A stretch of 64,000 nt of DNA, taken from assembly GCF_964355755.1 (NCBI RefSeq), contig NC_092677.1, forward strand, positions 14,158,101-14,222,100. Direction: 5' to 3'. This DNA is from Antedon mediterranea. Its lineage: Eukaryota > Animalia > Echinodermata. Shown here in pieces: positions 1-15,000 of the stretch. The position numbers were made by a program, and so were the translations under genes. The stretch's first letter is position 1. Every line of letters begins with the position of its first letter. Under the pieces are notes generated by a model that saw nothing but the letters and a program-made list of their open reading frames with translations, searched no databases and had not been told where the DNA came from.

Positions 1-3000
1 ACAAAATTTAATAGCATCAGCTCTGCAGATTAAAATTAACACTGATGATTTTAGAAAAGGAAAGTAGCAATAAAAGAGAAAGAATTTGTAACAAATGGGT
101 TAAAAAATATACTCTAAAAATGTATTTTTTATTTTATTTAAAAAATCATGAGTCTCCTCTCCTTAATTGCCTAAGTCACACAGCTGACTAAGGCAGAAAC
201 ACAAAAAAACGATCTGAGCATGTGCAAATGTATATAAAAGCACTCAGATAATGTACAGAGGGCAGTTTTAAGATATAAGCAGTGAGTTAGGCAGATCATA
301 AGTCAGCTCTCCTTAATTGCCTAAGTCAAACAGCGGACTTAGGCAGAAGCACACAAAAACGATCTGAGCATGTGCAAATGTATATAAAAAGCACTCAGAT
401 AATGTACAGAGGGCAGATAAAGATATAAGCAGTGAGTTAGGCAGATCATAAGTCAGCTCTCCTTAATTGCCTAAGTCACACAGCTGACTTGGGCAGAACA
501 CAACAAATATAGTATATTGATATAAACAGTGAGTTAGGCAGAAAAACAAAAACAAAAATTATGACTTAGACACTTTTGTTTTGAGGCTGTCGATATCATC
601 TATATACAAAAAATGCTACCTTTAAGTAACATAATTTAATAGCATATTCAGCTCTTCAGATTAAAATTAACACTGATGATTTTAGAAAAGGAAAGTAGCA
701 ATAAAAGAGAAAGAATTTGTAACTAATGGGTTAAAAAATATACTATAAAAATGTATTTCTTATTTTATTTAAAAAATCATGAGTCTCCTCTCCTTAATTG
801 CCTAAGTCACACAGCTGACTTAGGCAGAAACACAAAAAATTATGTGATCATGTGCAAATGTATATAAAAGCACTCAGATAATGTACAGAGGGCAGTATAA
901 AAATATAAGCAGTGAGTTAGGCAGATCATAAGTCAGCTCTCCTTATTTGCCTAAGTCACACAGCTGACTTAGGCAGAAACACAAACAAATATAGTATTTT
1001 GATATAAGCAGTGAGTTAGGCAGAAAAACAAACAAAAAATTATTACTTAGACACTTTTGTTATGAGGCTGTCGATATCATCTATATACAAACAATTCTAC
1101 CTTTAAGTAACAAAATTTAATAGCATCAGCTCTTCAGATTAAAGTTAACACTGATAATTTTAGAAAAGGAAAGTATCAATAAAAGAGAAAGAATTTTTAA
1201 CAAATGGGTTAAAAAATATAGTATAAAAATGTATTTCTTATTTTATTTAAAAAATCATGAGTCTCCTCTCCTTAATTGCCTAAGTTACACAGCTGACTTA
1301 GGCGGAAACACACAAAAACGATCCGAGCATGTGCAAATGTATATAAAAACACTCAGATAATGTACAAAGGGCAGTATAAAGATATAAGCAGTGAGTTAAG
1401 CAGATCATAAGTCAGCTCTCCTTAATTGCCTAAGTCACACAGCTGACTTAGGCAGAAACACAAAAAATATAGTATATTGATATAAGCAGTGAGTTAGGCA
1501 GAAAAACAAAAACAAAAATTATGACTTAGACACTTTTGTTATGAGGCTGTCGATATCATCTATATACAAAAAATGCTACCTTTAAGTAACATAATTTAAT
1601 AGCATATTCAGCTCTTCAGATTAAAATTAACACTGATGATTTTAGAAAAGGAAAGTAGCAATAAAAGAGAAAGAATTTGTAACAAATGGGTTAAAAAATA
1701 TACTCTAAAAATGTATTTTTTTTTTTATTTAAAAAATCATGAGTCTCCTCTCCTTAATTGCCTAAGTCACACAGCTGACTTAGGCAGAAACACAAAAACC
1801 CGATCTGAGCATGTGCAAATGTATATAAAAGCACTCAGATAATGTACAGTGGGCAGTATAAAGATATAAGCAGTGAGTTAGGCAGATCATAAGTCAGCTC
1901 TCCTTAATTGCCTAAGTCACACAGCGGACTTCGGCAGAAACACACAAAAACGATCTGAGCATGTGCAAATGCATATAAAAGCACTCAGATAATGTACAGA
2001 AGGCAGATAAAGATATAAGCAGTGAGTTAGGCAGATCATAAGTCAGCTCTCCTTAATTGCCTAAGTCACACAGCTGACTTAGGTAGAAACACAAAAAATA
2101 TAGTATATTGATATAAGCAGTGAGTTAGGCAGATCATAAGTCAGCTCTCCTTATTTGCCTAAGTCACACAGCTGACTTGGGCAGAAACACAAACAAATAT
2201 AGTATATTGATATAAGCAGTGAGTTAGGCAGAAAAACAAACAAAAAATTATTACTTAGACACTTTTGTTATGAGGCTTTCGATATCATCTATATACAAAC
2301 AATTCTACCTTTAAGTAACAAAATTTAATAGCTTCAGCTCTTCAGATTAAAATTAACACTGATAATTTTAGAAAAGGAAAGTATCAATAAAAGAGAAAGA
2401 ATTTGTAACAAATGGGTTAAAAAATATACTATAAAAATGTATTTCTTATTTTATTTAAAAAACCATGAGTCTCCTCTCCTTAATTGCCTAAGTCACACAG
2501 CTGACTTAGGCAGAAACACAAAAAAACGATCTGAGCATCATCATAAGTCAGCTCTCCTTTATTGCCTAAGTCACACAGCTGACTTAGGCAGAAACACAAA
2601 AAATATAGTATATTGATATAAGAAGTGAGTTAAGCAGAAAAACAAAATTATGACTTAAACACTTTTGTTATGAGGCTGTCGATATCATCTATATACAAAA
2701 AATGCTACCTTTAAGTAACAAAATTTAATAACATATTCAGCTCTTCAGATTAAAATTAACACTGATGATTTTAGAAAAGGGAAGTCGCAATAAAAGAGAA
2801 AGAATTTGTAACTAATGGGTTAAAAAATATACTATAAAAATGTATTTCTTATTTTATTTAAAAAATCATGAGTCTCCTCTCCTTAATTGCCTAAGTCACA
2901 CAGCTGACTTAGGCAGAAACACAAAAAAATTATGTGATCATGTGCAAATGTATATAAAAGCACTCAGATAATGTACAGAGGGCAGTATAAAGATATAAGC

Positions 3001-6000
3001 AGTGAGTTAGGCAGATCATAAGTCAGCTCTCCTTAATTGCCTAAGTCACACAGCTGACTTAGGCAGAAACACAAACAAATATAGTATATTGATATAAGCA
3101 GTGAGTTAGGCAGAAAAACAAACAAAAAATTATTACTTAGACACTTTTGTTATGAGGCTGTCGATATCATCTATATAAAAAAAATTCTACCTTTAAGTAA
3201 CAAAATTTAATAGCATCAGCTCTTCAGATTAAAATTAACACTGATGATTTTAGAAAAGGAAAGTAGCAATAAAAGAGAAAGAATTTGTAACTAATGGGAT
3301 AAAAAATATACTATAAAAATGTATTTCTTATTTTATTTAAAAAATCATGAGTCTCCTCTCCTTAATTGCCTATATCACACAGCTGACTTAGGCAGAAACA
3401 CAAAAACTTTTGTGATCATGTGCAAATGTATATAAAAGCACTCAGATAATGTACAGAGGGCAGATAAAGATATAAGCAGTGAGTTAGGCAGATCATAAGT
3501 CAGCTCTCCTTAATTGCCTAAGTCACACAGCTGACTTGGGCAGAACACAACAAATATAGTATATTGATATAAGCAGTGAGTTAGGCAGAAAAACAAAAAC
3601 AAAAATTATGACTTAGACACTTTTGTTATGAGGCTGTCGATATCATCTATATACAAAAAATGCTACCTTTAAGTAACATAATTTAATAGCATATTCAGCT
3701 CTTCAGATTAAAATTAACACTGATAATTTTAGAAATGGAAATTAGCAATAAAAGAGAAAGAATTTGTAACTAATGGGATAAAAAATATACTATAAAAATG
3801 TATTTCTTATTTTATTAAAAAAATCATGAGTCTCCTCTCCTTAATTGCCTAAGTCACACAGCTGACTTAGGCAGAAACACAAAAAATTATGTGATCATGT
3901 GCAAATGTATATAAAAGCACTCAGATAATGTACAGAGGGCAGTATAAAGATATAAGCAGTGAGTTAGGCAGATCATAAGTCAGCTCTCCTTAATTGCCTA
4001 AGTCACACAGCTGACTTAGGCAGAAACACAAACAAATATAGTATATTGATATAAGCAGTGAGTTAGGCAGAAAAACAAACAAAAAATTATTACTTAGACA
4101 CTTTTGTTATGAGGCTGTCGATATCATCTATATACAAAAAATTCTACCTTTAAGTAACAAAATTTAATAGCATCAGCTCTTCAGATTAAAATTAACACTG
4201 ATAATTTTAGAAAAGGAAAGTATCAATAAAAGAGAAAGAATTTTTAACAAATGGGTTAAAAAATATAGTATAAAAATGTATTTCTTATTTTATTTAAAAA
4301 ATCATGAGTCTCCTCTCCTTAATTGCCTAAGTCACACAGCTGACTTAGGCAGAAACACACAAAAACGATCTGAGCATCATCATAAGTCAGCTCTCCTTTA
4401 TTGCCTAAGTCACACAGCTGACTTAGGCAGAAACACCAAAAAATATAGTATATTGATATAAGAAGTGAGTTAAGCAGAAAAACAAAATTATGACTTAAAC
4501 ACTTTTGTTATGAGGCTGTCGATATCATCTATATACAAAAAATGCTACCTTTAGGTAACAAAATTTAATAACATATTCAGCTCCTCAGATTAAAATTAAC
4601 ACTGATGATTTTAGAAAAGGAAAGTCGCAATAAAAGAGAAAGAATTTGAAACTAATGGGTTAAACAATATACTCTAAAAATGTATTTCTTATTTTATTTA
4701 AAAAATCATGAGTCTCCTCTCCTTAATTGCCTCAGTCACACAGCTGACTTAGGCAGAAACACACAAAAACGATCTTAGCATGTGCCAATGTATATAAAAG
4801 CACTCAGATAATGTACAGAGGGCAGTATAAAGATATAAGCAGTGTGTTAGGCAGATCATAAGTCAGCTCTCCTTAATTGCCTAAGTCACACAGCTGACTT
4901 AGGCAGAAACACAAAAAATATAGTATATTGATATAAGCAGTGAGTTAGGCAGAAAAAAAATTATGACTTAGACACTTTTGTTATGAGGCTGTCGATATCA
5001 TCTATATACAAAAAATTCTACCTTTAAGTAACAAAATTTAATAGCATCAGCTCTTCAGATTAAAATTAACACTGATAATTTTAGAAAAGGAAAGTATCAA
5101 TAAAAGAGAAAGAATTTTTAACAAATGGGTTAAAAAATATAGTATAAAAATGTATTTCTTATTTTATTTAAAAAATCATGAGTCTCCTCTCCTTAATTGC
5201 CTAAGTCACACAGCTGACTTAGGCAGAAACACACAAAAACGATCTGAGCATCATCATAAGTCAGCTCTCCTTTATTGCCTAAGTCACACAGCTGACTTAG
5301 GCAGAAACACCAAAAAATATAGTATATTGATATAAGAAGTGAGTTAAGCAGAAAAACAAAATTATGACTTAAACACTTTTGTTATGAGGCTGTCGATATC
5401 ATCTATATACAAAAAATGCTACCTTTAAGTAACAAAATTTAATAACATATTCAGCTCCTCAGATTAAAATTAACACTGATGATTTTAGAAAAGGGAAGTC
5501 GCAATAAAAGAGAAAGAATTTGAAACTAATGGGTTAAACAATATACTCTAAAAATGTATTTCTTATTTTATTTAAAAAATCATGAGTCTCCTCTCCTTAA
5601 TTGCCTCAGTCACACAGCTGACTTAGGCAGAAACACACAAAAACGATCTTAGCATGTGCCAATGTATATAAAGGCACTCAGATAATGTACAGAGGGCAGT
5701 ATAAAGATATAAGCAGTGTGTTAGGCAGATCATAAGTCAGCTCTCCTTAATTGCCTAAGTCACACAGCTGACTTAGGCAGAAACACAAAAAATATAGTAT
5801 ATTGATATAAGCAGTGAGTTAGGCAGAAAAAAAATTATGACTTAGACACTTTTGTTATGAGGCTGTCGATATCATCTATATACAAAAAATTCTACCTTTA
5901 AGTAACAAAATTTAATAGCATCAGCTCTTCAGATTAAAATTAACACTGATAATTTTAGAAAAGGAAAGTATCAATAAAAGAGAAAGAATTTTTAACAAAT

Positions 6001-9000
6001 GGGTTAAAAAATATAGTATAAAAATGTACTTCTTATTTTATTTAAAAAATCATGAGTCTCCTCTCCTTAATTGCCTAAGTCACACAGCTGACTTAGGCAG
6101 AAACACACAAAAACGATCTGAGCATCATCATAAGTCAGCTCTTCTTTATTGCCTAAGTCACACAGCTGACTTAGGCAGAAACACAAAAAATATAGTATAT
6201 TGATATAAGAAGTGAGTTAAGAAGAAAAACAAAATTATGACTTAAACACTTTGGTTATGAGGCTGTCGATATCATCTATATACAAAAAATGCTACCTTTA
6301 AGTAACAAAATTTAATAACATATTCAGCTCTTCAGATTAAAATTAACACTGATGATTTTAGAAAAGGGAAGTCGCAATAAAAGAGAAAGAATTTGTAACT
6401 AATGGGTTAAAAAATATACTCTAAAAATGTATTTCTTATTTTATTTAAAAAATCATGAGTCTCCTCTCCTTAATTGCCTCAGTCACACAGCTGACTTAGG
6501 CAGAAACACACAAAAACGATCTTAGCATGTGCCAATGTATATAAAAGCACTCAGATAATGTACAGAGGGCAGTATAAAGATATAAGCAGTGTGTTAGGCA
6601 GATCATAAGTCAGCTCTCCTTAATTGCCTAAGTCACACAGCTGACTTAGGCAGAAACACAAAAAATATAGTATATTGATATAAGCAGTGAGTTAGGCAGA
6701 AAAAAAATTATGACTTAGACACTTTTGTTATGAGGCTGTCGATATCATCTATATACAAAAAATGCTACCTTTAAGTAACAAAATTTAATAGCATCAGCTC
6801 TGCAGATTAAAATTAACACTGATGATTTTAGAAAAGGAAAGTAGCAATAAAAGAGAAAGAATTTGTAACAAATGGGTTAAAAAATATACTCTAAAAATGT
6901 ATTTTTTATTTTATTTAAAAAATCATGAGTCTCCTCTCCTTAATTGCCTAAGTCACACAGCTGACTAAGGCAGAAACACAAAAAAACGATCTGAGCATGT
7001 GCAAATGTATATAAAAGCACTCAGATAATGTAGAGAGGGCAGATAAAGATATAAGCAGTGAGTTAGGCAGATCATAAGTCAGCTCTCCTTAATTGCCTAA
7101 GTCACACAGCTGACTTGGGCAGAACACAACAAATATAGTATATTGATATAAGCAGTGAGTTAGGCAGAAAAACAAAACAAAAATTATGACTTAGACACTT
7201 TTGTTATGAGACTGTTGATATCATCTATATACAAAAAAATGCTACCTTTAAGTAACATAATTTAATAGCATCAGCTCTTCAGATTAAAATTAACACTGAT
7301 GATTTTAGAAAAGGAAATTAGCAATAAAAGAGAAAGAATTTGTAACAAATGGGTTAAAAAATATACTACAAAAATGTATTTCTTATTTTATTTAAAAAAT
7401 CATGAGTCTCCTCTCCTTAATTGCCTAAGTCACACAGCTGACTTAGGCAGAAACACACAAAAACGATCTGAGCATCATCATAAGTCAGCTCTCCTTTATT
7501 GCCTAAGTCACACAGCTGACTTAGGCAGAAACACAAAAAAATATATTATATTGATATAAGCAGTGAGTTAGGCAGGAAAAAAAATTATGACTTAGACACT
7601 TTTGTTATGAGGCTGTCGATATCATCTATATACAAAAAATGCTACCTTTAAGTAACAAAATTTAATAGCATCAGCTCTGCAGATTAAAATTAACACTGAT
7701 GATTTTAGAAAAGGAAAGTAGCAATAAAAGAGAAAGAATTTGTAACAAATGGGTTAAAAAATATACTCTAAAAATGTATTTTTTATTTTATTTAAAAAAT
7801 CATGAGTCTCCTCTCCTTAATTGCCTAAGTCACACAGCTGACTAAGGCAGAAACACAAAAAAAACGATCTGAGCATGTGCAAATGTATATAAAAGCACTC
7901 AGATAATGTAGAGAGGGCCGATAAAGATATAAGCAGTGAGTTAGGCAGATCATAAGTCAGCTCTCCTTAATTGCCTAAGTCACACAGCTGACTTGGGCAG
8001 AACACAACAAATATAGTATATTGATATAAGCAGTGAGTTAGGCAGAAAAACAAAACAAAAATTATGACTTAGACACTTTTGTTATGAGACTGTTGATATC
8101 ATCTATATACAAAAAAATGCTACCTTTAAGTAACATAATTTAATAGCATCAGCTCTTCAGATTAAAATTAACACTGATGATTTTAGAAAAGGAAATTAGC
8201 AATAAAAGAGAAAGAATTTGTAACAAATGGGTTAAAAAATATACTACAAAAATGTATTTCTTATTTTATTTAAAAAATCATGAGTCTCCTCTCCTTAATT
8301 GCCTAAGTCACACAGCTGACTTAGGCAGAAACACACAAAAACGATCTGAGCATCATCATAAGTCAGCTCTCCTTTATTGCCTAAGTCACACAGCTGACTT
8401 AGGCAGAAACACAAAAAAATATATTATATTGATATAAGCAGTGAGTTAGGCAGGAAAAAAAATTATGACTTAGACACTTTTGTTATGAGGCTGTCGATAT
8501 CATCTATATACAAAAAATGCTACCTTTAAGTAACAAAATTTAATAGCATCAGCTCTTCAGATTTAAATTAACACTGATGATTTTAGAAAAGGAAAGTAGC
8601 AATAAAAGAGAAAGAATTTGTAACAAATGGGTTAAAAAATATACTCTAAAAATGTATTTTTTATTTTATTTAAAAAATCATGAGTCTCCTCTCCTTAATT
8701 GCCTAAGTCACACAGCTGACTTAGGCAGAAACACAAAAAAACGATCTGAGCATGTGCAAATGTATATAAAAGCACTCAGATAATGTACAGAGGGCAGTAT
8801 AAAGATATAAGCAGTGAGTTAGGCAGATCATAAGTCAGCTCTCCTTAATTGCCTAAGTCACACAGCGGACTTCGGCAAAAACACACAAAAACGATCTCAG
8901 CATGTGCAAATGCATATAAAAGCACTCAGATAATGTACAGAAGGCAGATAAAGATATAAGCAGTGAGTTAGGCAGATCATAAGTCAGCTCTCCTTAATTG

Positions 9001-12000
9001 CCTAAGTCACACAGCTGACTTAGGTAGAAACACAAAAAATATAGTATATTGATATAAGCAGTGAGTTAGGCAGATCATAAGTCAGCTCTCCTTAATTGCC
9101 TAAGTCACACAGCTGCCTTGGGCAGAAACACAAACAAATATAGTATATTGATATAAGCAGTGAGTTAGGCAGAAAAACAAACAAAAAATTATTACTTAGA
9201 CACTTTTGTTATGAGGCTTTCGATATCATCTATATACAAACAATTCTACCTTTAAGTAACAAAATTTAATAGCATCAGCTCTTCAGATTAAAATTAACAC
9301 TGATAATTTTAGAAAAGTAAAGTATCAATAAAAGAGAAAGAATTTGTAACAAATGGGTTAAAAAATATACTATAAAAATGTATTTCTTATTTTATTTAAA
9401 AAACCATGAGTCTCCTCTCCTTAATTGCCTAAGTCACACAGCTGACTTAGGCAGAAACACAAAAAAACGATCTGAGCATGTGCAAATGTATATAAAAGCA
9501 CTCAGATAATGTACAGAGGGCAGTATAAAGATATAAGCAGTGAGTTAGGCAGATCATAAGTCAGCTCTCCTTAATTGCCTAACTCACACAGCTGACTTAG
9601 GCAGAAACACACAAAAACGATCTGAGCATGTGCAAATGCATATAAAAGCACTCAGATAATGTACAGAGGGCAGATAAAGATATAAGCAGTGAGTTAGGCA
9701 GATCATAAGTCAGCTCTCCTTAATTGCCTAAGTCACACAGCACACTTAGGTAGTAACACAAACAATATAGTATATTGATATAAGCAGTGAGTTAGGCAGA
9801 TCATAAGTTAGCTCTCCTTAATTGCCTAAGTCACACAGCTGACTTAGGCAGAAACACAAACAATATAGTATATTGGTATAAGCAGTGAGTTAGGTAGATC
9901 ATAAGTCAGCTCTTCTTAATTGCCTAAGTCACACAGCTGACTTAGGCAGAAACACAAAAAATTATGTGATCATGTGCAAATGTATATAAAAGCACTCAGA
10001 AAATGTACAGAGGGCAGTATAAAGATATAAGCAGTGAGTTAGGCAGATCATAAGTCAGCTCTCCTTAATTGCCTAAGTCACACAGCTGACTTAGGCAGAA
10101 ACACAAACAAATATAGTATATTGATATAAGCAGTGAGTTAGGCAGAAAAACAAACAAAAAATTATTACTTAGACACTTTTGTTATGAGGCTGTCGATATC
10201 ATCTATATAAAAAAAATTCTACCTTTAAGTAACAAAATTTAATAGCATCAGCTCTTCAGATTAAAATTAACACTGATGATTTAGAAAAGGAAAGTAGCAA
10301 TAAAAGAGAAAGAATTTGTAACTAATGGGATAAAAAATATACTATAAAAATGTATTTCTTATTTTATTTAAAAAATCATGAGTCTCCTCTCCTTAATTGC
10401 CTAAGTCACACAGCTGACTTAGGCAGAAACACACAAAATTATGTGATCATGTGCAAATGTATATAAAAGCACTCAGATAATGTACAGAGGGCAGATAAAG
10501 ATATAAGCAGTGAGTTAGGCAGATCATAAGTCAGCTCTCCTTAATTGCCTAAGTCACACAGCTGACTTGGGCAGAACACAACAAATATAGTATATTGATA
10601 TAAGCAGTGAGTTAGGCAGAAAAACAAAAACAAAAATTATGACTTAGACACTTTTGTTATGAGGCTGTCGATATCATCTATATACAAAAAATGCTACCTT
10701 TAAGTAACATAATTTAATAGCATATTCAGCTCTTCAGATTAAAATTAACACTGATGATTTTAGAAAAGGAAAGTAGCAATAAAAGAGAAAGAATTTGTAA
10801 CTAATGGGATAAAAAATATACTATAAAAATGTATTTCTTATTTTATTTAAAAAATCATGAGTCTCCTCTCCTTAATTGCCTTAGTCACACAGCTGACTTA
10901 GGCAGAAACACAAAAAATTATGTGATCATGTGCAAATGTATATAAAAGCACTCAGATAATGTACAGAGGGCAGTATAAAGATATAAGCAGTGAGTTAGGC
11001 AGATCATAAGTCAGCTCTCCTTAATTGCCTAAGTCACACAGCTGACTTAGGCAGAAACACAAACAAATATAGTATATTGATATAAGCAGTGAGTTAGGCA
11101 GAAAAACAAACAAAAAATTATTACTTAGACACTTTTGTTATGAGGCTGTCGATATCATCTATATACAAAAAATTCTACCTTTAAGTAACAAAATTTAATA
11201 GCATCAGCTCTTCAGATTAAAATTAACACTGATGATTTTAGAAAAAGAAAGTATCAATAAAAGAGAAAGAATTTTTAACAAATGGGTTAAAAAATATAGT
11301 ATAAAAATGTATTTCTTATTTTATTTAAAAAATCATGAGTCTCCTCTCTTTAATTGCCTAAGTCACACAGCTGACTTAGGCAGAAACACACAAAAACGAT
11401 CTGAGCATCATCATAAGTCAGCTCTCCTTTATTGCCTAAGTCACACAGCTGACTTAGGCAGAAACACAAAAAATATAGTATATTGATATAAGAAGTGAGT
11501 TAAGCAGAAAAACAAAATTATGACTTAAACACTTTTGTTATGAGGCTGTCGATATCATCTATATACAAAAAATGCTACCTTTAAGTAACAAAATTTAATA
11601 ACATATTCAGCTCTTCAGATTAAAATTAACACTGATGATTTTAGAAAAGGGAAGTCGCAATAAAAGAGAAAGAATTTGTAACTAATGGGTTAAAAAATAT
11701 ACTCTAAAAATGTATTTCTTATTTTATTTAAAAAATCATGAGTCTCCTCTCCTTAATTGCCTCAGTCACACAGCTGACTTAGGCAGAAACACACAAAAAC
11801 GATCTTAGCATGTGCCAATGTATATAAAAGCACTCAGATAATGTACAGAGGGCAGTATAAAGATATAAGCAGTGTGTTAGGCAGATCATAAGTCAGCTCT
11901 CCTTAATTGCCTAAGTCACACAGCTGACTTAGGCAGAAACACAAAAAATATAGTATTTTGATATAAGCAGTGAGTTAGGCAGAAAAAAAATTATGACTTA

Positions 12001-15000
12001 GACACTTTTGTTATGAGGCTGTCGATATCATCTATATACAAAAAATGCTACCTTTAAGTAACAAAATTTAATAGCATCAGCTCTGCAGATTAAAATTAAC
12101 ACTGATGATTTTAGAAAAGGAAAGTAGCAATAAAAGAGAAAGAATTTGTAACAAATGGGTTAAAAAATATACTCTAAAAATGTATTTTTTATTTTATTTA
12201 AAAAATCATGAGTCTCCTCTCCTTAATTGCCTAAGTCACACAGCTGACTAAGGCAGAAACACAAAAAAACGATCTGAGCATGTGCAAATGTATATAAAAG
12301 CACTCAGATAATGTACAGAGGGCAGTTTTAAGATATAAGCAGTGAGTTAGGCAGATCATAAGTCAGCTCTCCTTAATTGCCTAAGTCAAACAGCGGACTT
12401 AGGCAGAAGCACACAAAAACGATCTGAGCATGTGCAAATGTATATAAAAAGCACTCAGATAATGTACAGAGGGCAGATAAAGATATAAGCAGTGAGTTAG
12501 GCAGATCATAAGTCAGCTCTCCTTAATTGCCTAAGTCACACAGCTGACTTGGGCAGAACACAACAAATATAGTATATTGATATAAACAGTGAGTTAGGCA
12601 GAAAAACAAAAACAAAAATTATGACTTAGACACTTTTGTTTTGAGGCTGTCGATATCATCTATATACAAAAAATGCTACCTTTAAGTAACATAATTTAAT
12701 AGCATATTCAGCTCTTCAGATTAAAATTAACACTGATGATTTTAGAAAAGGAAAGTAGCAATAAAAGAGAAAGAATTTGTAACTAATGGGTTAAAAAATA
12801 TACTATAAAAATGTATTTCTTATTTTATTTAAAAAATCATGAGTCTCCTCTCCTTAATTGCCTAAGTCACACAGCTGACTTAGGCAGAAACACAAAAAAT
12901 TATGTGATCATGTGCAAATGTATATAAAAGCACTCAGATAATGTACAGAGGGCAGTATAAAAATATAAGCAGTGAGTTAGGCAGATCATAAGTCAGCTCT
13001 CCTTATTTGCCTAAGTCACACAGCTGACTTAGGCAGAAACACAAACAAATATAGTATTTTGATATAAGCAGTGAGTTAGGCAGAAAAACAAACAAAAAAT
13101 TATTACTTAGACACTTTTGTTATGAGGCTGTCGATATCATCTATATACAAACAATTCTACCTTTAAGTAACAAAATTTAATAGCATCAGCTCTTCAGATT
13201 AAAGTTAACACTGATAATTTTAGAAAAGGAAAGTATCAATAAAAGAGAAAGAATTTTTAACAAATGGGTTAAAAAATATAGTATAAAAATGTATTTCTTA
13301 TTTTATTTAAAAAATCATGAGTCTCCTCTCCTTAATTGCCTAAGTTACACAGCTGACTTAGGCGGAAACACACAAAAACGATCCGAGCATGTGCAAATGT
13401 ATATAAAAACACTCAGATAATGTACAAAGGGCAGTATAAAGATATAAGCAGTGAGTTAAGCAGATCATAAGTCAGCTCTCCTTAATTGCCTAAGTCACAC
13501 AGCTGACTTAGGCAGAAACACAAAAAATATAGTATATTGATATAAGCAGTGAGTTAGGCAGAAAAACAAAAACAAAAATTATGACTTAGACACTTTTGTT
13601 ATGAGGCTGTCGATATCATCTATATACAAAAAATGCTACCTTTAAGTAACATAATTTAATAGCATATTCAGCTCTTCAGATTAAAATTAACACTGATGAT
13701 TTTAGAAAAGGAAAGTAGCAATAAAAGAGAAAGAATTTGTAACAAATGGGTTAAAAAATATACTCTAAAAATGTATTTTTTTTTTTATTTAAAAAATCAT
13801 GAGTCTCCTCTCCTTAATTGCCTAAGTCACACAGCTGACTTAGGCAGAAACACAAAAACCCGATCTGAGCATGTGCAAATGTATATAAAAGCACTCAGAT
13901 AATGTACAGTGGGCAGTATAAAGATATAAGCAGTGAGTTAGGCAGATCATAAGTCAGCTCTCCTTAATTGCCTAAGTCACACAGCGGACTTCGGCAGAAA
14001 CACACAAAAAACGATCTGAGCATGTGCAAATGCATATAAAAGCACTCAGATAATGTACAGAAGGCAGATAAAGATATAAGCAGTGAGTTAGGCAGATCAT
14101 AAGTCAGCTCTCCTTAATTGCCTAAGTCACACAGCTGACTTAGGTAGAAACACAAAAAATATAGTATATTGATATAAGCAGTGAGTTAGGCAGATCATAA
14201 GTCAGCTCTCCTTATTTGCCTAAGTCACACAGCTGACTTGGGCAGAAACACAAACAAATATAGTATATTGATATAAGCAGTGAGTTAGGCAGAAAAACAA
14301 ACAAAAAATTATTACTTAGACACTTTTGTTATGAGGCTTTCGATATCATCTATATACAAACAATTCTACCTTTAAGTAACAAAATTTAATAGCTTCAGCT
14401 CTTCAGATTAAAATTAACACTGATAATTTTAGAAAAGGAAAGTATCAATAAAAGAGAAAGAATTTGTAACAAATGGGTTAAAAAATATACTATAAAAATG
14501 TATTTCTTATTTTATTTAAAAAACCATGAGTCTCCTCTCCTTAATTGCCTAAGTCACACAGCTGACTTAGGCAGAAACACAAAAAAACGATCTGAGCATC
14601 ATCATAAGTCAGCTCTCCTTTATTGCCTAAGTCACACAGCTGACTTAGGCAGAAACACAAAAAATATAGTATATTGATATAAGAAGTGAGTTAAGCAGAA
14701 AAACAAAATTATGACTTAAACACTTTTGTTATGAGGCTGTCGATATCATCTATATACAAAAAATGCTACCTTTAAGTAACAAAATTTAATAACATATTCA
14801 GCTCTTCAGATTAAAATTAACACTGATGATTTTAGAAAAGGGAAGTCGCAATAAAAGAGAAAGAATTTGTAACTAATGGGTTAAAAAATATACTATAAAA
14901 ATGTATTTCTTATTTTATTTAAAAAATCATGAGTCTCCTCTCCTTAATTGCCTAAGTCACACAGCTGACTTAGGCAGAAACACAAAAAAATTATGTGATC

